Shown: positions 28,614 through 39,951, numbered from the stretch's first letter. The stretch is 64,000 nt of DNA from Novakomyces olei (GCA_016906335.1 JADEYG010000004.1:186001-250000); one strand, 5' to 3'. A program made the numbers and translations. The notes: generated by a model from the letters alone, not told the origin.

Positions 28614-28796
28614 GCCATTTAGAGCTGTTGCTGATGGCGCTTTTACATGGATTTGCTTTAGCGATACCAAATAGCTCTATTAATATTGACGTGTTTTACA
28701 TATAAACTTCAATCATATACATTCAGATAAGGAACATAGAGAGATCCCATGAAATGATGTTAGTTTACGAAATAATACTCACAAAACAATGATATC

Positions 28797-28912
28797 CATA
28801 AATTGTTCATAAAATATTGTTCATAAAATATTGTTCATAAAATATTGTTCATAAAATATTGTTCATAAAATATTGTTCATAAAATATTGTTCATAGAATA
28901 TTGTTCATAGAA
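28797..28912. repeat. 14-bp tandem repeat (AAATATTGTTCATA)n
   Basis: Read directly upstream of POS5. Confidence 0.9.
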
Positions 28913-29033
28913 TAAAAACATACAATATGAATATTATTCTCGTACTGCATCATAATCATCACGAATTCAGACCCAATACTTCAACTATCCTTATATTATC
29001 TCCACAGTATTGGCGCCTCCCCGTTATGACGGT

Positions 29034-30721
29034 ATGCGCCAGTCGGTCTCGGTGTCGCTTGAAAGGGGACACTTGTGCAATTGTCTCCGTCTTTTGGGCA
29101 AAACAGTTCCGTTGACGAGAAGTTTCAGGACGAGCACAATGGCCAATTTTCGTGATTACAACGAGCTTCCTGATAAGCTGACAGTTGATATCCCACGTGC
29201 GTTGATCTGATAACGACCAGGTTTATGAGGCTATGGCTCAAAGACCTTTTTAATACTTTGTTTCCCTTATTTCCTATAATACTCCCTTATGAATATTCTC
29301 AGTTTGATTGCCTTTTAATTTTCTTTTCGCGCCTGGTCAAATAGCCGATCATGCTTTGATCCTTCCAGTACTTACCATACAGAACTCCCTGCTTATTCTA
29401 CTGGTAAAATAACCGCGTTGAAATGGCCAGAACCACCGAGAAATATTTTGCTCGTACGCAAACGCAATGACGAGCAAGTCGGGATGTCCATGTTGCGCTT
29501 TTACAAGTAAACGTCATGGCCTTTGCTAAATCTAATATCATTAGGTATTTAAAGACAAATTACCCGTCCGCCAATATTCTCCTCGAGTCCACGTCCATCG
29601 GTCCTGATATTGAGTCGCATGTTCAGGACGCTTACTATACAGGTTTGCTTTATTCTGATTTTTTGAAAAATTCTGATTTATTTGAAGGATTCTGATTTAT
29701 TTGAAGGATTGTTCACTCTCTACATTGCTTTTGGTTTGTTTGTGACCTGTTTCCCAACTTTTTTGTGCCACTTCATTTGTTTGCCTGCATTTTTTTCTTC
29801 TCCTTTTTGACATCCAGACGAGCGGTCCTTGATTGAAAAGAAAACAGACGTGGTTGTGACCTTGGGCGGAGACGGTACTATTCTGCATGCTGCCTCACTA
29901 TTCTCCAAAACTCAAATGCCGCCAGTTCTCTCATTTTCATTAGGAACTTTAGGCTTTCTCCTACCCTTTGGTAATTCTTGCCCCCGCCTTTTTTATTCAT
30001 TTCTAATGCACAAAGATTTCAAATCCTACGAGCAGGCGTTCTCAGACATGTACGATTCGCGTTCTGATGTACTACATAGAATGCGTTTACGAGTGCGCAC
30101 AAGTATTGGCGGCACTACAGACAGCTTTGCTATGAATGAAGTTTGCTTGCACAGAGGCCCATCGCCCCATCTTTCCACTCTTGAAGTGTTTGTTAACGGT
30201 CAACTTCTTACAGAGGCAATTGTATGTTTTAAACAAAATGATGAAGCAAGTAAACCCTTGGAAATAAATAAAAAAGAATAAAGATCAAAGCAGAAACAAA
30301 TCAAAGAAATGTTATCAGGAAATGTCCATTATTAAGCTGACGTTTTTTTAAGGCGGACGGTTTGATCTTATCAACTCCTACTGGATCTACTGCCTACTCC
30401 CTTTCTGCAGGAGGCCCTATTGTTCATCCCGCCAGCTCTACTGTCTTGCTGACACCAATCTGTCCCAGATCGCTTTCATTCCGGCCTATTCTTCTACCCG
30501 ACACTTCAACGATTGTCGTTAGACTGTCTCACAATAGCCGCTCGCATGCTGATGTTTCAATTGACGGCCAGGAAGCATTGCAGCTGAAGGCCATGGAGGC
30601 TATACAAGTATCTGTTGCTGAGAACGGGTCAATACCCTGCGTGAGAAGGCAAGACGAAGGCGACGGATGGGTCAGTGATATCAACTCCCTTCTCAAATGG
30701 AACCAGGTATTTGACTTGTGA
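29034..30721 (+). CDS. POS5: Mitochondrial NADH kinase, multi-exon
   Basis: [76 protein letters not shown]. Confidence 0.88.
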
Positions 30722-30964
30722 AGCTGCAAATGGCTATTTAATTATTTTTCCTATTTTATTGTTTCTATTTCATTTTCCTATTGGGTTTAAATTATTGAGC
30801 ACAAAAGTTTTTGTCTATTCCAATCTTATGATAAAATGCTTGTGCATTTATGAAAAGCATGTAGATCATGCAGCAAATACCCAATCTTTTGGTATCATTC
30901 TAATATGCAGAGTTTCGGGTCGTCAAATTCTTCACACCATTCGGCATAATATCTAGAGACTCGG

Positions 30965-32967
30965 TTACGCGACTTGATTATTGAAAATAGCGCTAATCTT
31001 TGCGCTAAGATTTTTTCCTATTTTCTTTCGGCCTATAGATGTTACTTTGTCACACCTTTCTGCAACCAGTCTTTCCGCATGATCGGAATCAGCCGTATTC
31101 TTGTAATCTTCAATGAGATGGCAAATAGTCGGATACTGCTTATTTATCTCGACAGCTTTCTCGGCGGAAACTCCCCTTATCGTCATTAGCATCCTAATCG
31201 TCATATCTGCAATGGTTAAAGATTTGCTTTTTGAAAATGTAGTCATAAACGTATCAAGCCGCACACAAAAGTCGTTTGTTGGAAATCGATCTTTGAGTTG
31301 CTGCCTTAATTGCAAGTAATTCTTTGAGTCCACAAGGTTATCGGGTATCAGATACAGAGACCTTTGGCTGTAGAGATGGCAGAGTTTCCTTGTTAGCCGT
31401 GCCAGGAAGGCTATCGTCTCGGACACGGTATCTACACGTTTTACAAAGAATTTGTTTATCACTTGACACGACATTATTACGCTCTCGATTGCGTCTGTAA
31501 ATCCTCCAGTGTCCATTACCTTATTTTCGACAATGTAAATCACAGTTTGTATTCCAGACCGGTGTAATCGAAACTGTGGCGTTAGCAATCGAGATTGAAC
31601 GGAAAAAGGAAAAAGAAAAAAGAAAAAAAGAGAAAAAGAAAGAAAAAAAAAAAAAGGAAAAAAAAAAAAGGAACGCAATTAAACAAGAATGAAATTGACA
31701 AATTAACAAAATAAAGGAACCAACAGCGGGTTGAATGCACCAATTAGCAAGACGCATACAAGTCACAGCGGAATGGGTAGATTTGTGCAACAACAGCACA
31801 ACGACACAGTCCTACCTTTTGCTCATCGAGCCGGCCATCTTTGATAGAACTGACCAAATCATCCAGTCTTTTCCTTTCCACAATATGGTCCAGCATGTAC
31901 TCGCGGCCAGTACGCTTGCAGCGCGCGATCCATACAGCGTCCCCGAGCTCGAGTGCCCTTACCTGTGCATTGATACCATGCTCAGCATTTAATTGCTGCT
32001 GGAAGAAATCCCTCTCCTGGCCCGACTTGATCTCTCGATTATCAATAACCAGCCTGACATCGTACTCGCCCGGCAGTAGACAGCGGGGAGCAAAATCGAG
32101 GGGCACAAGCATTTCAACTGCCCGCTGCAGTACTTTTCTTTGCGCTCCACCCTCTCCACTGTTTGTATTACGATTGCTGCTGCTGTCTGTCGACGGCAAG
32201 GCCACTGCTTCCGATTCTGCTGGGGAGAGGGCTTCAGGAGACGGTTCAGGTTCAATTTCAAGAGGAATAGGCCTCTCCGATATTTGGTTGTGCGTCTCAA
32301 TCAGCTTGCGTCCGACGGCAGCTCCCTCGGCAGTTAAACTGTACCGTGCAGGACTGCCTGCTTTACTTACAAGCCGGCGCAGAAGCAGTGTCTTCATACT
32401 CGACCAGGCCGAGTAATGGTGGGCTCCTTCTCCCGCAGCTGCAAATGACGTGTCGCTGTACTCCTTCCCAGCATCTTCAATCTGGCTGCGGCTGCCTTCG
32501 TTGCCCCGTATAGTGTAGAGTGCCACGAGTATTGCAAACGCACCGGACCGGTAACTCGGGATATATGTCTTATCGGAGCGCTTCCGTTTACCCGCACGTT
32601 GTGAGCAGACCTCGTCCGCTTCCGTCCGCTCCTCCTCCTCTGCTCTCGGATGGAGAACAGCCGAGAGCAGAGGTGCCGGTATCGCATTTGCCATACAATA
32701 ATCGCTCCACCGCTGCTCTAGCCGCTTCACGATTGATGGGCCCACGAATCGAAGCTGCGCCGACTGAGACGGGTGCTGAAACGGAACAGGGCAGGATTTA
32801 AGCGACTCTGCCGCTTTGCGGTACACATTGTGTGCCTTATTATTACGCGCTCTCAACTCGGCCGCTGTTTCCTCGAGCCATTCTGCCCACAGCGAGTTCC
32901 AGTTTGATTCACTCCCGGCCGCGTCAGTTCTCACGGGACCAACAGGGTGAGAATCGCTGCTGCTCAT
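30965..32967 (-). CDS. MUS81: Structure-specific endonuclease Mus81, 2 exons
   Basis: N-terminal HhH (VYRKAAESLKSCP..LRFVGPSI), winged helix (YIPSYRSGAFAIL..YSAWSSMKTL), ERCC4 nuclease (IDNRE..LELGD..IVERKRLDDLVSSIKDGR) and C-terminal HhH. Confidence 0.95.
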
Positions 32968-33015
32968 AGCGACGGCTCCGACTCTGGCTCCGGCTCCACT
33001 TTTCTATGCAACTGC

Positions 33016-33090
33016 ACGCGTCGCGTACCATACCGAGCGACGACAAGCCGCACTGATCTCGTAACGCGTAACGCGTAACGCGTAACGCGT
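33016..33090. promoter_or_regulatory. Cluster of MCB (ACGCGT) elements upstream of MUS81
   Basis: ACGCGT at 33016 and four tandem copies (ACGCGTA)n at 33064-33090. Confidence 0.6.
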
Positions 33091-33544
33091 AAAGCGTGTA
33101 CCGTTGCCCTCCTAAATCCAACGACCAAACCTGAGCAGGTCTACCGTATTTCTAGTCGAGCACTTTTGGTTTAATACTGGCAATTGCCTTAGCATCATAT
33201 GGTTGCTTTGCGCAAATGACAGTGGGCTATTATTACGTATTTATTTGCCTATTATTATTTATTTGCCTATTATTATTTATTTGCCTATTATTATTTGGTT
33301 TGTCTATTATTCGGTTTGTCTATTATTCAAGTGCAATTGATCTACATGGAAAAGAAATACAAAAGAAATACGTTTAGTCTATGGTAAGAGCAGAGCGCCT
33401 TTACGCATTAAATACGCGTTTCACGTGAGCGCTCTTAATTGGGTAATACTAAAGTATACGCACCACTGCGTCTGGCAACAAGAGCGATAGATAATACGGC
33501 CAACTAGACATAAAAAAAATATTTAAAAAGGCCGTATAAAAAAT

Positions 33545-33636
33545 CGACACAGGCAGGATTCGAACCTACGAGAGCAAAGCCCAATGGTTATCTCATTTAT
33601 TCAAGACCATCCCAGTAACCACTTTGGTACTGTGCC
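33545..33636 (-). tRNA. tRNA-Ser(UGA) with a ~10-nt intron
   Basis: Minus strand reads GGCACAG..AGTGGTTA..ATGGT-CT-TGA-A-[TAAATGAGAT]-A-ACCAT, variable arm GGGC-TTT-GCTC, GTAGG-TTCGAAT-CCTGC, CTGTGTC-G, then a T6 Pol III terminator. Confidence 0.92.
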
Positions 33637-33971
33637 TTGATTCTGCTGCATCCAGCAATAGTTCAAGTGAACCATACATACAGAGAAAGTAAGCAATTTT
33701 GAAATAAAAGTTATATAATATATAGTAATATTGCTTGCCAGACTATTGTCTGAGTTGTCATAGTTTTCGACGCGTATATTACAGGCGTAAGCGCACGGCT
33801 AGTACAGTGTTACGAGTAAACATGATTTTGTAGTATTCATTTTTGATTCAATGATGCTCATTCTTACAAGTAAACGTCCTGTCAGTCACGAATGTGCGGT
33901 CGAAACCATAATTAAGCTTCAACATGTATTTGTAAGAATTGTATAGGTATTAGCAAAGGCAGGATGGTAAT

Positions 33972-33972
<1 letters not shown>

Positions 33973-34014
<42 letters not shown>

Positions 34015-34016
34015 GA

Positions 34017-34047
<31 letters not shown>
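33973..34047. repeat. (TAA)n followed by (TTA)n, forming an inverted microsatellite pair
   Basis: Read directly. Confidence 0.85.
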
Positions 34048-34134
34048 TGACAGGTGTGGCCTCGCAACTTTAATCGCCAGGCCGATCTGGTCTTGAGTGT
34101 GCAAGGCTCTCATCCCTCAGTCTCGCTTGTTCTA

Positions 34135-37100
34135 ATGTTAAAGACTAAAGTAGGTGTGTACAATCTACATTGTCCTTCGTGCGTGAAGACTATACGCGAA
34201 ACCTTGAGCGGTTTAAAGCCCAAGCCGGAGAATGTTACTGTATCCCTGGTCGACCAGGTCGTGCAGGTCCAGCACCGGCCGGAGCTCGATCGAGCGGCAA
34301 TAATAGCGAGCCTGGAAAATGCCGGGTTTGTTGTCGATTACAATAAATGTGCCCCGCCGGTAGCGAGGAAAGCGGCTCCGTCAAAGCCGACGAGAGACCA
34401 TTCAGAGTACTGTCAAAAGTGCCGTGCCGGCAGCTGTACGGGAGTGGACAGCGGCAGTGTGCCTTCTATTGGCGACAAAAATTGTAAAAAAGGACAGGGC
34501 AGTGGTCAGCTCGGCGGCGATGACCCGCAAATTTCTGTCGACCTGTCTATCGCAGGAATGACGTGTGCCAGCTGTGTTAAAAGCGTTTCATCGGCACTGG
34601 AAAAAGTCGCAGGCGTCCGATCTGTACGCGTAGACCTCGTGAGTAGTACGGCACACGTTACCGCTGTACAAGTGGACGGGTTAGTGGACGCTCTACTTTG
34701 CGCAGTAAATGAGGAAGCTGGCTATCAGGCGACAGTGGCAAACGTGTCCCGAAGCAGCAGCAGCAACAACAACAACAACAGCAACAACAACAGTAACAAA
34801 AAATTGCCGTCAGAGTGCCAGTACACTTTATCTCTGCAGGGCATGCACTGTGCCAGCTGCCAGAGCAAAATTCTGGCGGCCATCAGGTCTGTTGGTGGAG
34901 TCACTGAGGCTTCAGTAGATCTGCTCTCCCACTCGGCTCGGGTACAGGCCCCCGCCGAAATGGAAGCAAGCTTGATTGATGCCATTGCCTCTGCTGGCAA
35001 TTACACTGCCCAAATTGTAGACAAAAAGGAGGTAGAAAATGCAGCAGGTCCTACAGGCGAGCGAGAGATAAAAGTGCGTGTAGAGGGTATGTTTTGTGAT
35101 CGGTGTGTGGAAAAAGTGGTACGCACATTGGACGCAATGGCTTTGGAGCACACGCTTTCCCATGGCTCTCTGACTCTGCAGGACCCGATTGTGAGTGTGG
35201 AGTATGGGCCACGTGCGCCAGAGTTTACAGTGCGCAGTATTACAAGTGCAATTGAGGCACTCGGCTTCCGAGCTACACTATTCCACCCGCCTACGGTTGA
35301 GCAATTGGCCAGGCGGATGCAGCAGCGGGAGAAAGAGCACCTGCTCCACTTGATCTGGGCCTGTGGGCTGATTGCCTGCCCCACGTTTTTCCTGGGCATT
35401 GTAGTAATGAGCCTTCTGCCACCAGATAACCGAATTAAAATAGTGTTTGAGGAAGCACGGTTGGGCCGTCTTAACCTGCTCGTCATCTGCCTGTGGGTGC
35501 TGGCCACACCGGTACAGTTTGGCATTGCTTCCTCCTTCCACACTAGAGCCATTCGCAGTGTGTACAATATGTGGCGGTCCGGGAGCAAAGTGCCCATTGT
35601 CCGTCGCTTCACCCGGTTCGGCAGTATGGACCTGCTTATTTCCTGTGCCATTACCGTCGCTTACTTGTCGAGCGCCGTTATCGCCATCGCTGCCGCCCTC
35701 ACTCCTGCTCAAGAAAAGGACACGGGGCCCCGTGTGCGTATGTCGGAGTTTAATACAGGCACGGGGACCCGTGCCCGTATTCTAGGTGGAGATATCTATG
35801 AAAACATGTCGGGTGTCACCACGTACTTTGACTCCACCGTTTTCCTCACTTTTTTCGTGCTTATTGGACGGTACCTCGAGGCGTATAGTAAACTGCGTAC
35901 GGCGGATGCAGTTTCGCTGCTGGGCCGGTTCCATTCGCCTGTCGCCAGTGTAATTGTGCCTGACGGCCACTCGGGCCGTGGATCTGAGGTCCTCAACACG
36001 GACCCGGACGCTGTCGACGTTGGGGACACGGTACGCGTAGTGCCGGGGTCGAGTTTGCCAGTTGATGGCCGAATAATAGGCTCAGCTTTAGACGGAGGCT
36101 CAACCGCTGTTGCCTCTTCTGTTGCCTCTTCATCGTTTGACGAAAGTGCTCTTACTGGAGAAAGCAGGCCTGTCCCTAAATCTGTGGGTGACACTGTCTT
36201 TGCCGGCACAATCAACCTGGGCAACAGTGTCGATATCAGAGTGACGGCAATTGCCTCTGACACTCTCCTGACACAGATACTGCGAGTAGTCCGTGAAGGC
36301 CAAACCCGCCAGGCTCGAGTTGAGCGGGTGGCAGATGTGATTACTGCCTACTTTGTGCCCATTGTCACTTTTCTAGCCGTCGCTACTTGGGCCGTGTGGT
36401 TCGGCCTTGGTGCCAGTGGGCTTGTTCCGGCCAAGTACATTATGGGCCATGGACCAGTGCCTCACAGCTTGGGAGGCTGGTGCTTTTGGGCGCTTTCTTT
36501 TGCCATTGCTGTCTTTGTAGTCGCCTGTCCGTGTGGGATAGGTCTGGCGGCCCCCACTGCGTGCTATGTGGGGGCCAGTCTAGCAGCGAAGCATGGCATT
36601 CTGGCTCAGGGTGGGGGTGAAGCTTTCCAGGACGCTTCCAGTATCGACTGTGTAGTGTTTGACAAGACGGGGACGCTTACAATGGGCGGAGAGCCGAGCG
36701 TTGTTTACGCTGAGGTTGACGAGGTCTACACTTACAGCAGCCGAGTGCTTAAAGCTGCAGTCAACGCACTAGAAGAGCACTCGAAGCATCCTCTGTCGGG
36801 GGCAATTAGGCAGTACTGTAGGGCAAAAGATAGCAGTAAAGATAATAGTAGCGAATCTGTAGAGGACGTGGCAGACGTGGCAGACGTGGCAGACGTTGTG
36901 GTGACGAATGTGGATCAAGTAGAGGGCCGAGGATTGAGGGGCTCTGTTTTGTTTGCGGATGGGCAAAGGGCCATCCTGATTGCGGGAAATGAGGCATTTA
37001 TGAAGGACAATGGGGCACAGAATGTAAGGCCCGTGGACGAGTGGAAACGCCAAGGGTGTTCTGTCGTTTTGTTTGCCTTGAAGCGGGTTGCAGATGGTAA

Positions 37101-37830
37101 TAGTAAAACAAGTACCACCTCGGCGCAGTCACCGGTTGGGTCGGAAGAGTATACGTTTTGTGGCTTCTTTGCCGTTGCTGACGAGGTTCGGCCCGAGGCG
37201 AGTATTGTCGTACGCAGTCTGCAGAGACTGGGCGTCTCTACGTTTATGATTACCGGCGATAATGCCCTCACTGCCCGGGCGATTGCCCAGCAGGTCTCCA
37301 TCCCAGAGACTAACGTTATAAGCGACGTTTTGCCGCTGGAGAAATCCAGTTATATCGAAAGGCTGCAGATGACGGTAGGCCCTAACCCTAAATGGCTGAG
37401 AAAGCCAAAGGCCGGTCGCGGTATTGTCGCCATGGTCGGTGATGGAATCAACGATGCTCCGGCACTCGCCAAGGCTGATGTTGGAATCGCGATGGGCTCC
37501 GGGAGCGATATTGCTCTAAATGCTGCACATTTTGTCCTCGTTAGGGCAGACTTGATGTCCGTACTGGATCTGATGGATATCTCTCGTGTCGTCTACCGCC
37601 GTATACTGTTCAACTTTGGCTGGGCTATCATCTACAATCTGCTGGGCATCCCTATTGCTGGTGGCGCGCTTCTAGTGCCTTTTGGCTATGTCCTGGATCC
37701 TGTATGGGCCTCCTTGGCCATGGCGCTAAGCTCTGTTTCCGTCGTATCGAGCTCGTTTGCACTCAGTTTTTATCGTCTGCCCCGGTACCTGCGCCAGCTG
37801 CACGCAGAGCGGGATGCAGCGTTGGATTGA
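34135..37830 (+). CDS. Copper-transporting P1B-type ATPase (Ccc2-like), intronless
   Basis: Four HMA CxxC motifs (LHCPSC, MTCASC, MHCASC, MFCDRC), TGES, ACPCGIGLA, DKTGTLT, SKHP, GDGINDAPAL, YN and MALSS (Cu+ signature). Confidence 0.93.
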   Translation: MLKTKVGVYNLHCPSCVKTIRETLSGLKPKPENVTVSLVDQVVQVQHRPELDRAAIIASLENAGFVVDYNKCAPPVARKAAPSKPTRDHSEYCQKCRAGSCTGVDSGSVPSIGDKNCKKGQGSGQLGGDDPQISVDLSIAGMTCASCVKSVSSALEKVAGVRSVRVDLVSSTAHVTAVQVDGLVDALLCAVNEEAGYQATVANVSRSSSSNNNNNSNNNSNKKLPSECQYTLSLQGMHCASCQSKILAAIRSVGGVTEASVDLLSHSARVQAPAEMEASLIDAIASAGNYTAQIVDKKEVENAAGPTGEREIKVRVEGMFCDRCVEKVVRTLDAMALEHTLSHGSLTLQDPIVSVEYGPRAPEFTVRSITSAIEALGFRATLFHPPTVEQLARRMQQREKEHLLHLIWACGLIACPTFFLGIVVMSLLPPDNRIKIVFEEARLGRLNLLVICLWVLATPVQFGIASSFHTRAIRSVYNMWRSGSKVPIVRRFTRFGSMDLLISCAITVAYLSSAVIAIAAALTPAQEKDTGPRVRMSEFNTGTGTRARILGGDIYENMSGVTTYFDSTVFLTFFVLIGRYLEAYSKLRTADAVSLLGRFHSPVASVIVPDGHSGRGSEVLNTDPDAVDVGDTVRVVPGSSLPVDGRIIGSALDGGSTAVASSVASSSFDESALTGESRPVPKSVGDTVFAGTINLGNSVDIRVTAIASDTLLTQILRVVREGQTRQARVERVADVITAYFVPIVTFLAVATWAVWFGLGASGLVPAKYIMGHGPVPHSLGGWCFWALSFAIAVFVVACPCGIGLAAPTACYVGASLAAKHGILAQGGGEAFQDASSIDCVVFDKTGTLTMGGEPSVVYAEVDEVYTYSSRVLKAAVNALEEHSKHPLSGAIRQYCRAKDSSKDNSSESVEDVADVADVADVVVTNVDQVEGRGLRGSVLFADGQRAILIAGNEAFMKDNGAQNVRPVDEWKRQGCSVVLFALKRVADGNSKTSTTSAQSPVGSEEYTFCGFFAVADEVRPEASIVVRSLQRLGVSTFMITGDNALTARAIAQQVSIPETNVISDVLPLEKSSYIERLQMTVGPNPKWLRKPKAGRGIVAMVGDGINDAPALAKADVGIAMGSGSDIALNAAHFVLVRADLMSVLDLMDISRVVYRRILFNFGWAIIYNLLGIPIAGGALLVPFGYVLDPVWASLAMALSSVSVVSSSFALSFYRLPRYLRQLHAERDAALD

Positions 37831-38003
37831 GTGTCGAGTAGACAAGAGCAGGGGCTTTTATTCGTGAAAGAAGAGTGAACGTTGGCCGTTTAGTTTAGTG
37901 ATTCCATTGTAATACAAGTTTTGTGCGCCAATATTAACGAATAATTTACGAATAAATAATATTTACGAATATATTATATTTACGAATAAATTATTAAACA
38001 GTA

Positions 38004-38007
38004 ATTA

Positions 38008-38082
<75 letters not shown>
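38004..38082. repeat. (TTA)n microsatellite immediately upstream of URA3
   Basis: Read directly. Confidence 0.92.
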
Positions 38083-38084
<2 letters not shown>

Positions 38085-38109
38085 TTTTCTCGTCGCAGTT
38101 CCAGCAACG

Positions 38110-38946
38110 ATGCAAGTTGGGCCAAAGACGTATGGCGAACGGGCCGAACGGCACCCAAATGCGCTTGCCCGTGAACTCCTTCAATTGATGGAGCAAAAAA
38201 AAACAAATTTATGCGTCTCTGCAGACTTGACACAGGCGTCACAAGTGTTGGCGCTTGCGGACTGTGTAGGCCCGTACATATGCGTCATCAAGACGCACGT
38301 GGACGTGATTGAAGATTTTACTCCGGACTTTACCAAGGCGCTAGTAGCGCTGGCGCAGAAGCATCGATTTTTAATCTTTGAGGTATGGCAAAATTGGCCA
38401 ATTGCATCGCTAATTGACCAGGACCGTAAATTCGCAGATATTGGTAATACTGTTAAATTACAGTACAGTGGAGGCGTCTACCAAATTGCGTCTTGGGCAC
38501 ACATTGTAAATTGCCATACAGTCCCGGGCGAGGGCATTATTACGGGCCTCAAACAGGTTGGGCTGCCTAAATCCAGAGCGCTTTTGTTGCTGGCAGAGAT
38601 GAGCTCAAAGGGAAACCTCGCTACTGGCGAATATACACAGACTACTGTTGAATGGGCAAAACGGCACAGCGATTTTGTTGTAGGCTTTATTGGCATGCGG
38701 AGGCTCGTGGACGGAGAACCGGATTTTATCACTATGACCCCGGGTGTTGCGCTGGCTGAGAATTCTGCCGGAGACGCTCACGGCCAACAGTATCGTACAC
38801 CCGCTCAGGTAATTGAGGAGTCTCTCTGCGATATTATAATCGTTGGACGAGGCATATATGGAGATGGCAAAGACGCGGCAGTAGAAGCGGAACGGTTCCA
38901 AGGGGAAGGATGGAGCGCCTATCAGCGGAGACTTGCGCAAAAGTAG
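38110..38946 (+). CDS. URA3: Orotidine-5'-phosphate decarboxylase; 39-nt in-frame intron 38383-38421
   Basis: KKTNLCVSAD, KTHVD, FLIFE|DRKFADIGNTVKLQY, LLLLAEMSSKG, MTPGV, GQQYRTP, IIIVGRGI. Confidence 0.97.
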   Translation: MQVGPKTYGERAERHPNALARELLQLMEQKKTNLCVSADLTQASQVLALADCVGPYICVIKTHVDVIEDFTPDFTKALVALAQKHRFLIFEVWQNWPIASLIDQDRKFADIGNTVKLQYSGGVYQIASWAHIVNCHTVPGEGIITGLKQVGLPKSRALLLLAEMSSKGNLATGEYTQTTVEWAKRHSDFVVGFIGMRRLVDGEPDFITMTPGVALAENSAGDAHGQQYRTPAQVIEESLCDIIIVGRGIYGDGKDAAVEAERFQGEGWSAYQRRLAQK

Positions 38947-39336
38947 GATTCTACCCACACAATGTTTGAGATCTGTGCTGTTTGATTTACCTTTTTTTGG
39001 CCTTTTGCTTGGCCGTTTGATTGGCTGTTTACTTGGCCGTTTACTTTCCACCTTCCCGAGTTGCCGTGTAAAGAGACTTTTGGTTGTAAAGAGATGAAAA
39101 TTAGAGTCAATTCCTGTCCATTTTGCCACGTCTATAGGAAAGGATAAATGATCTTTATCGAAATAAAGCGGCAAAGTAAATGTAAACTGGCAGACTGGCC
39201 TATCAATAAATACGCTCGGCCCGTCGACATTACCCCGATCGGCAGAATGGCTACAGTACCTAAGACCTAATCGTATGTACACTTTTTCTCGTAAATTCAC
39301 ATTATAATCGGTGACATCGGCCGTGTTTTTCCATTT

Positions 39337-39608
39337 TCATTGCTTTTGCGGATTTTCAAACGGAGCGTCTTTCCGAGCTTCATCGAGGAGCGGACTTATA
39401 TTTTTCGATTTAAGAGCACGTTCGACACACGCGCGGTACTCTTCGAATAAATCCCCACAGATATTTGTAGTGCTCTCGCCTTTAAGAAACTTATTCGTGT
39501 ACCAGTCATTGAAACAGGCATCGTATTTTTGCTGCGCAATTAGCACCAGTTTAATTGCTTATGTCTTACTTTCAACGGAGTGCATTCGGGACTGATGCTG
39601 GAAGACAT
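39337..39608 (-). CDS. MDM35: Mdm35/TRIAP1 twin-CX9C intermembrane-space protein; intron 39532-39569
   Basis: MSSSISPECTPLK|QKYDACFNDWYTNKFLKG...CGDLFEEYRACV. Confidence 0.92.
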
Positions 39609-39700
39609 GGTGATCTGAATCAGTCTAGTGTCGCTGCCCTGCTTAATTATTCTAAAAGTTTCATAGTTTTACCATTTATTAATTATCGTCTATAATTTTA

Positions 39701-39897
39701 CTTTATTCATTATTCATTTATTCATTTATTCATTTATTCATTTATTCATTTATTCATTTATTCATTTATTCATTTATTCATTTATTCATTTATTCATTTA
39801 TTCATTTATTCATTTATTCATTTATTCATTTATTCATTTATTCATTTATTCATTTATACATTTATTCATTTATACATTTATACATTTATACATTCAT
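39701..39897. repeat. (TTCATTTA)n microsatellite
   Basis: Read directly. Confidence 0.9.
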
Positions 39898-39951
39898 TTG
39901 CTATATTAATGAAATTGTCTCCCACTCGTTAGCCCAAACAATAGACCCTAA

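Noticed and set aside
33545..33636. Selenocysteine or opal-suppressor tRNA
   Set aside because: The anticodon on the coding (minus) strand is TGA, which reads UCA (Ser). TCA appears only on the opposite strand, and the acceptor stem is a normal 7 bp.
33676..33696. U6 snRNA-like ACAGAGA box
   Set aside because: It is not followed by the conserved GATTAGCATGG and has no other U6 features.
36541..36560. Alternative CUG code (Ser or Ala)
   Set aside because: CTG occupies conserved Leu positions, for example CPCGIG-L-AAP, which is consistent with the standard code.
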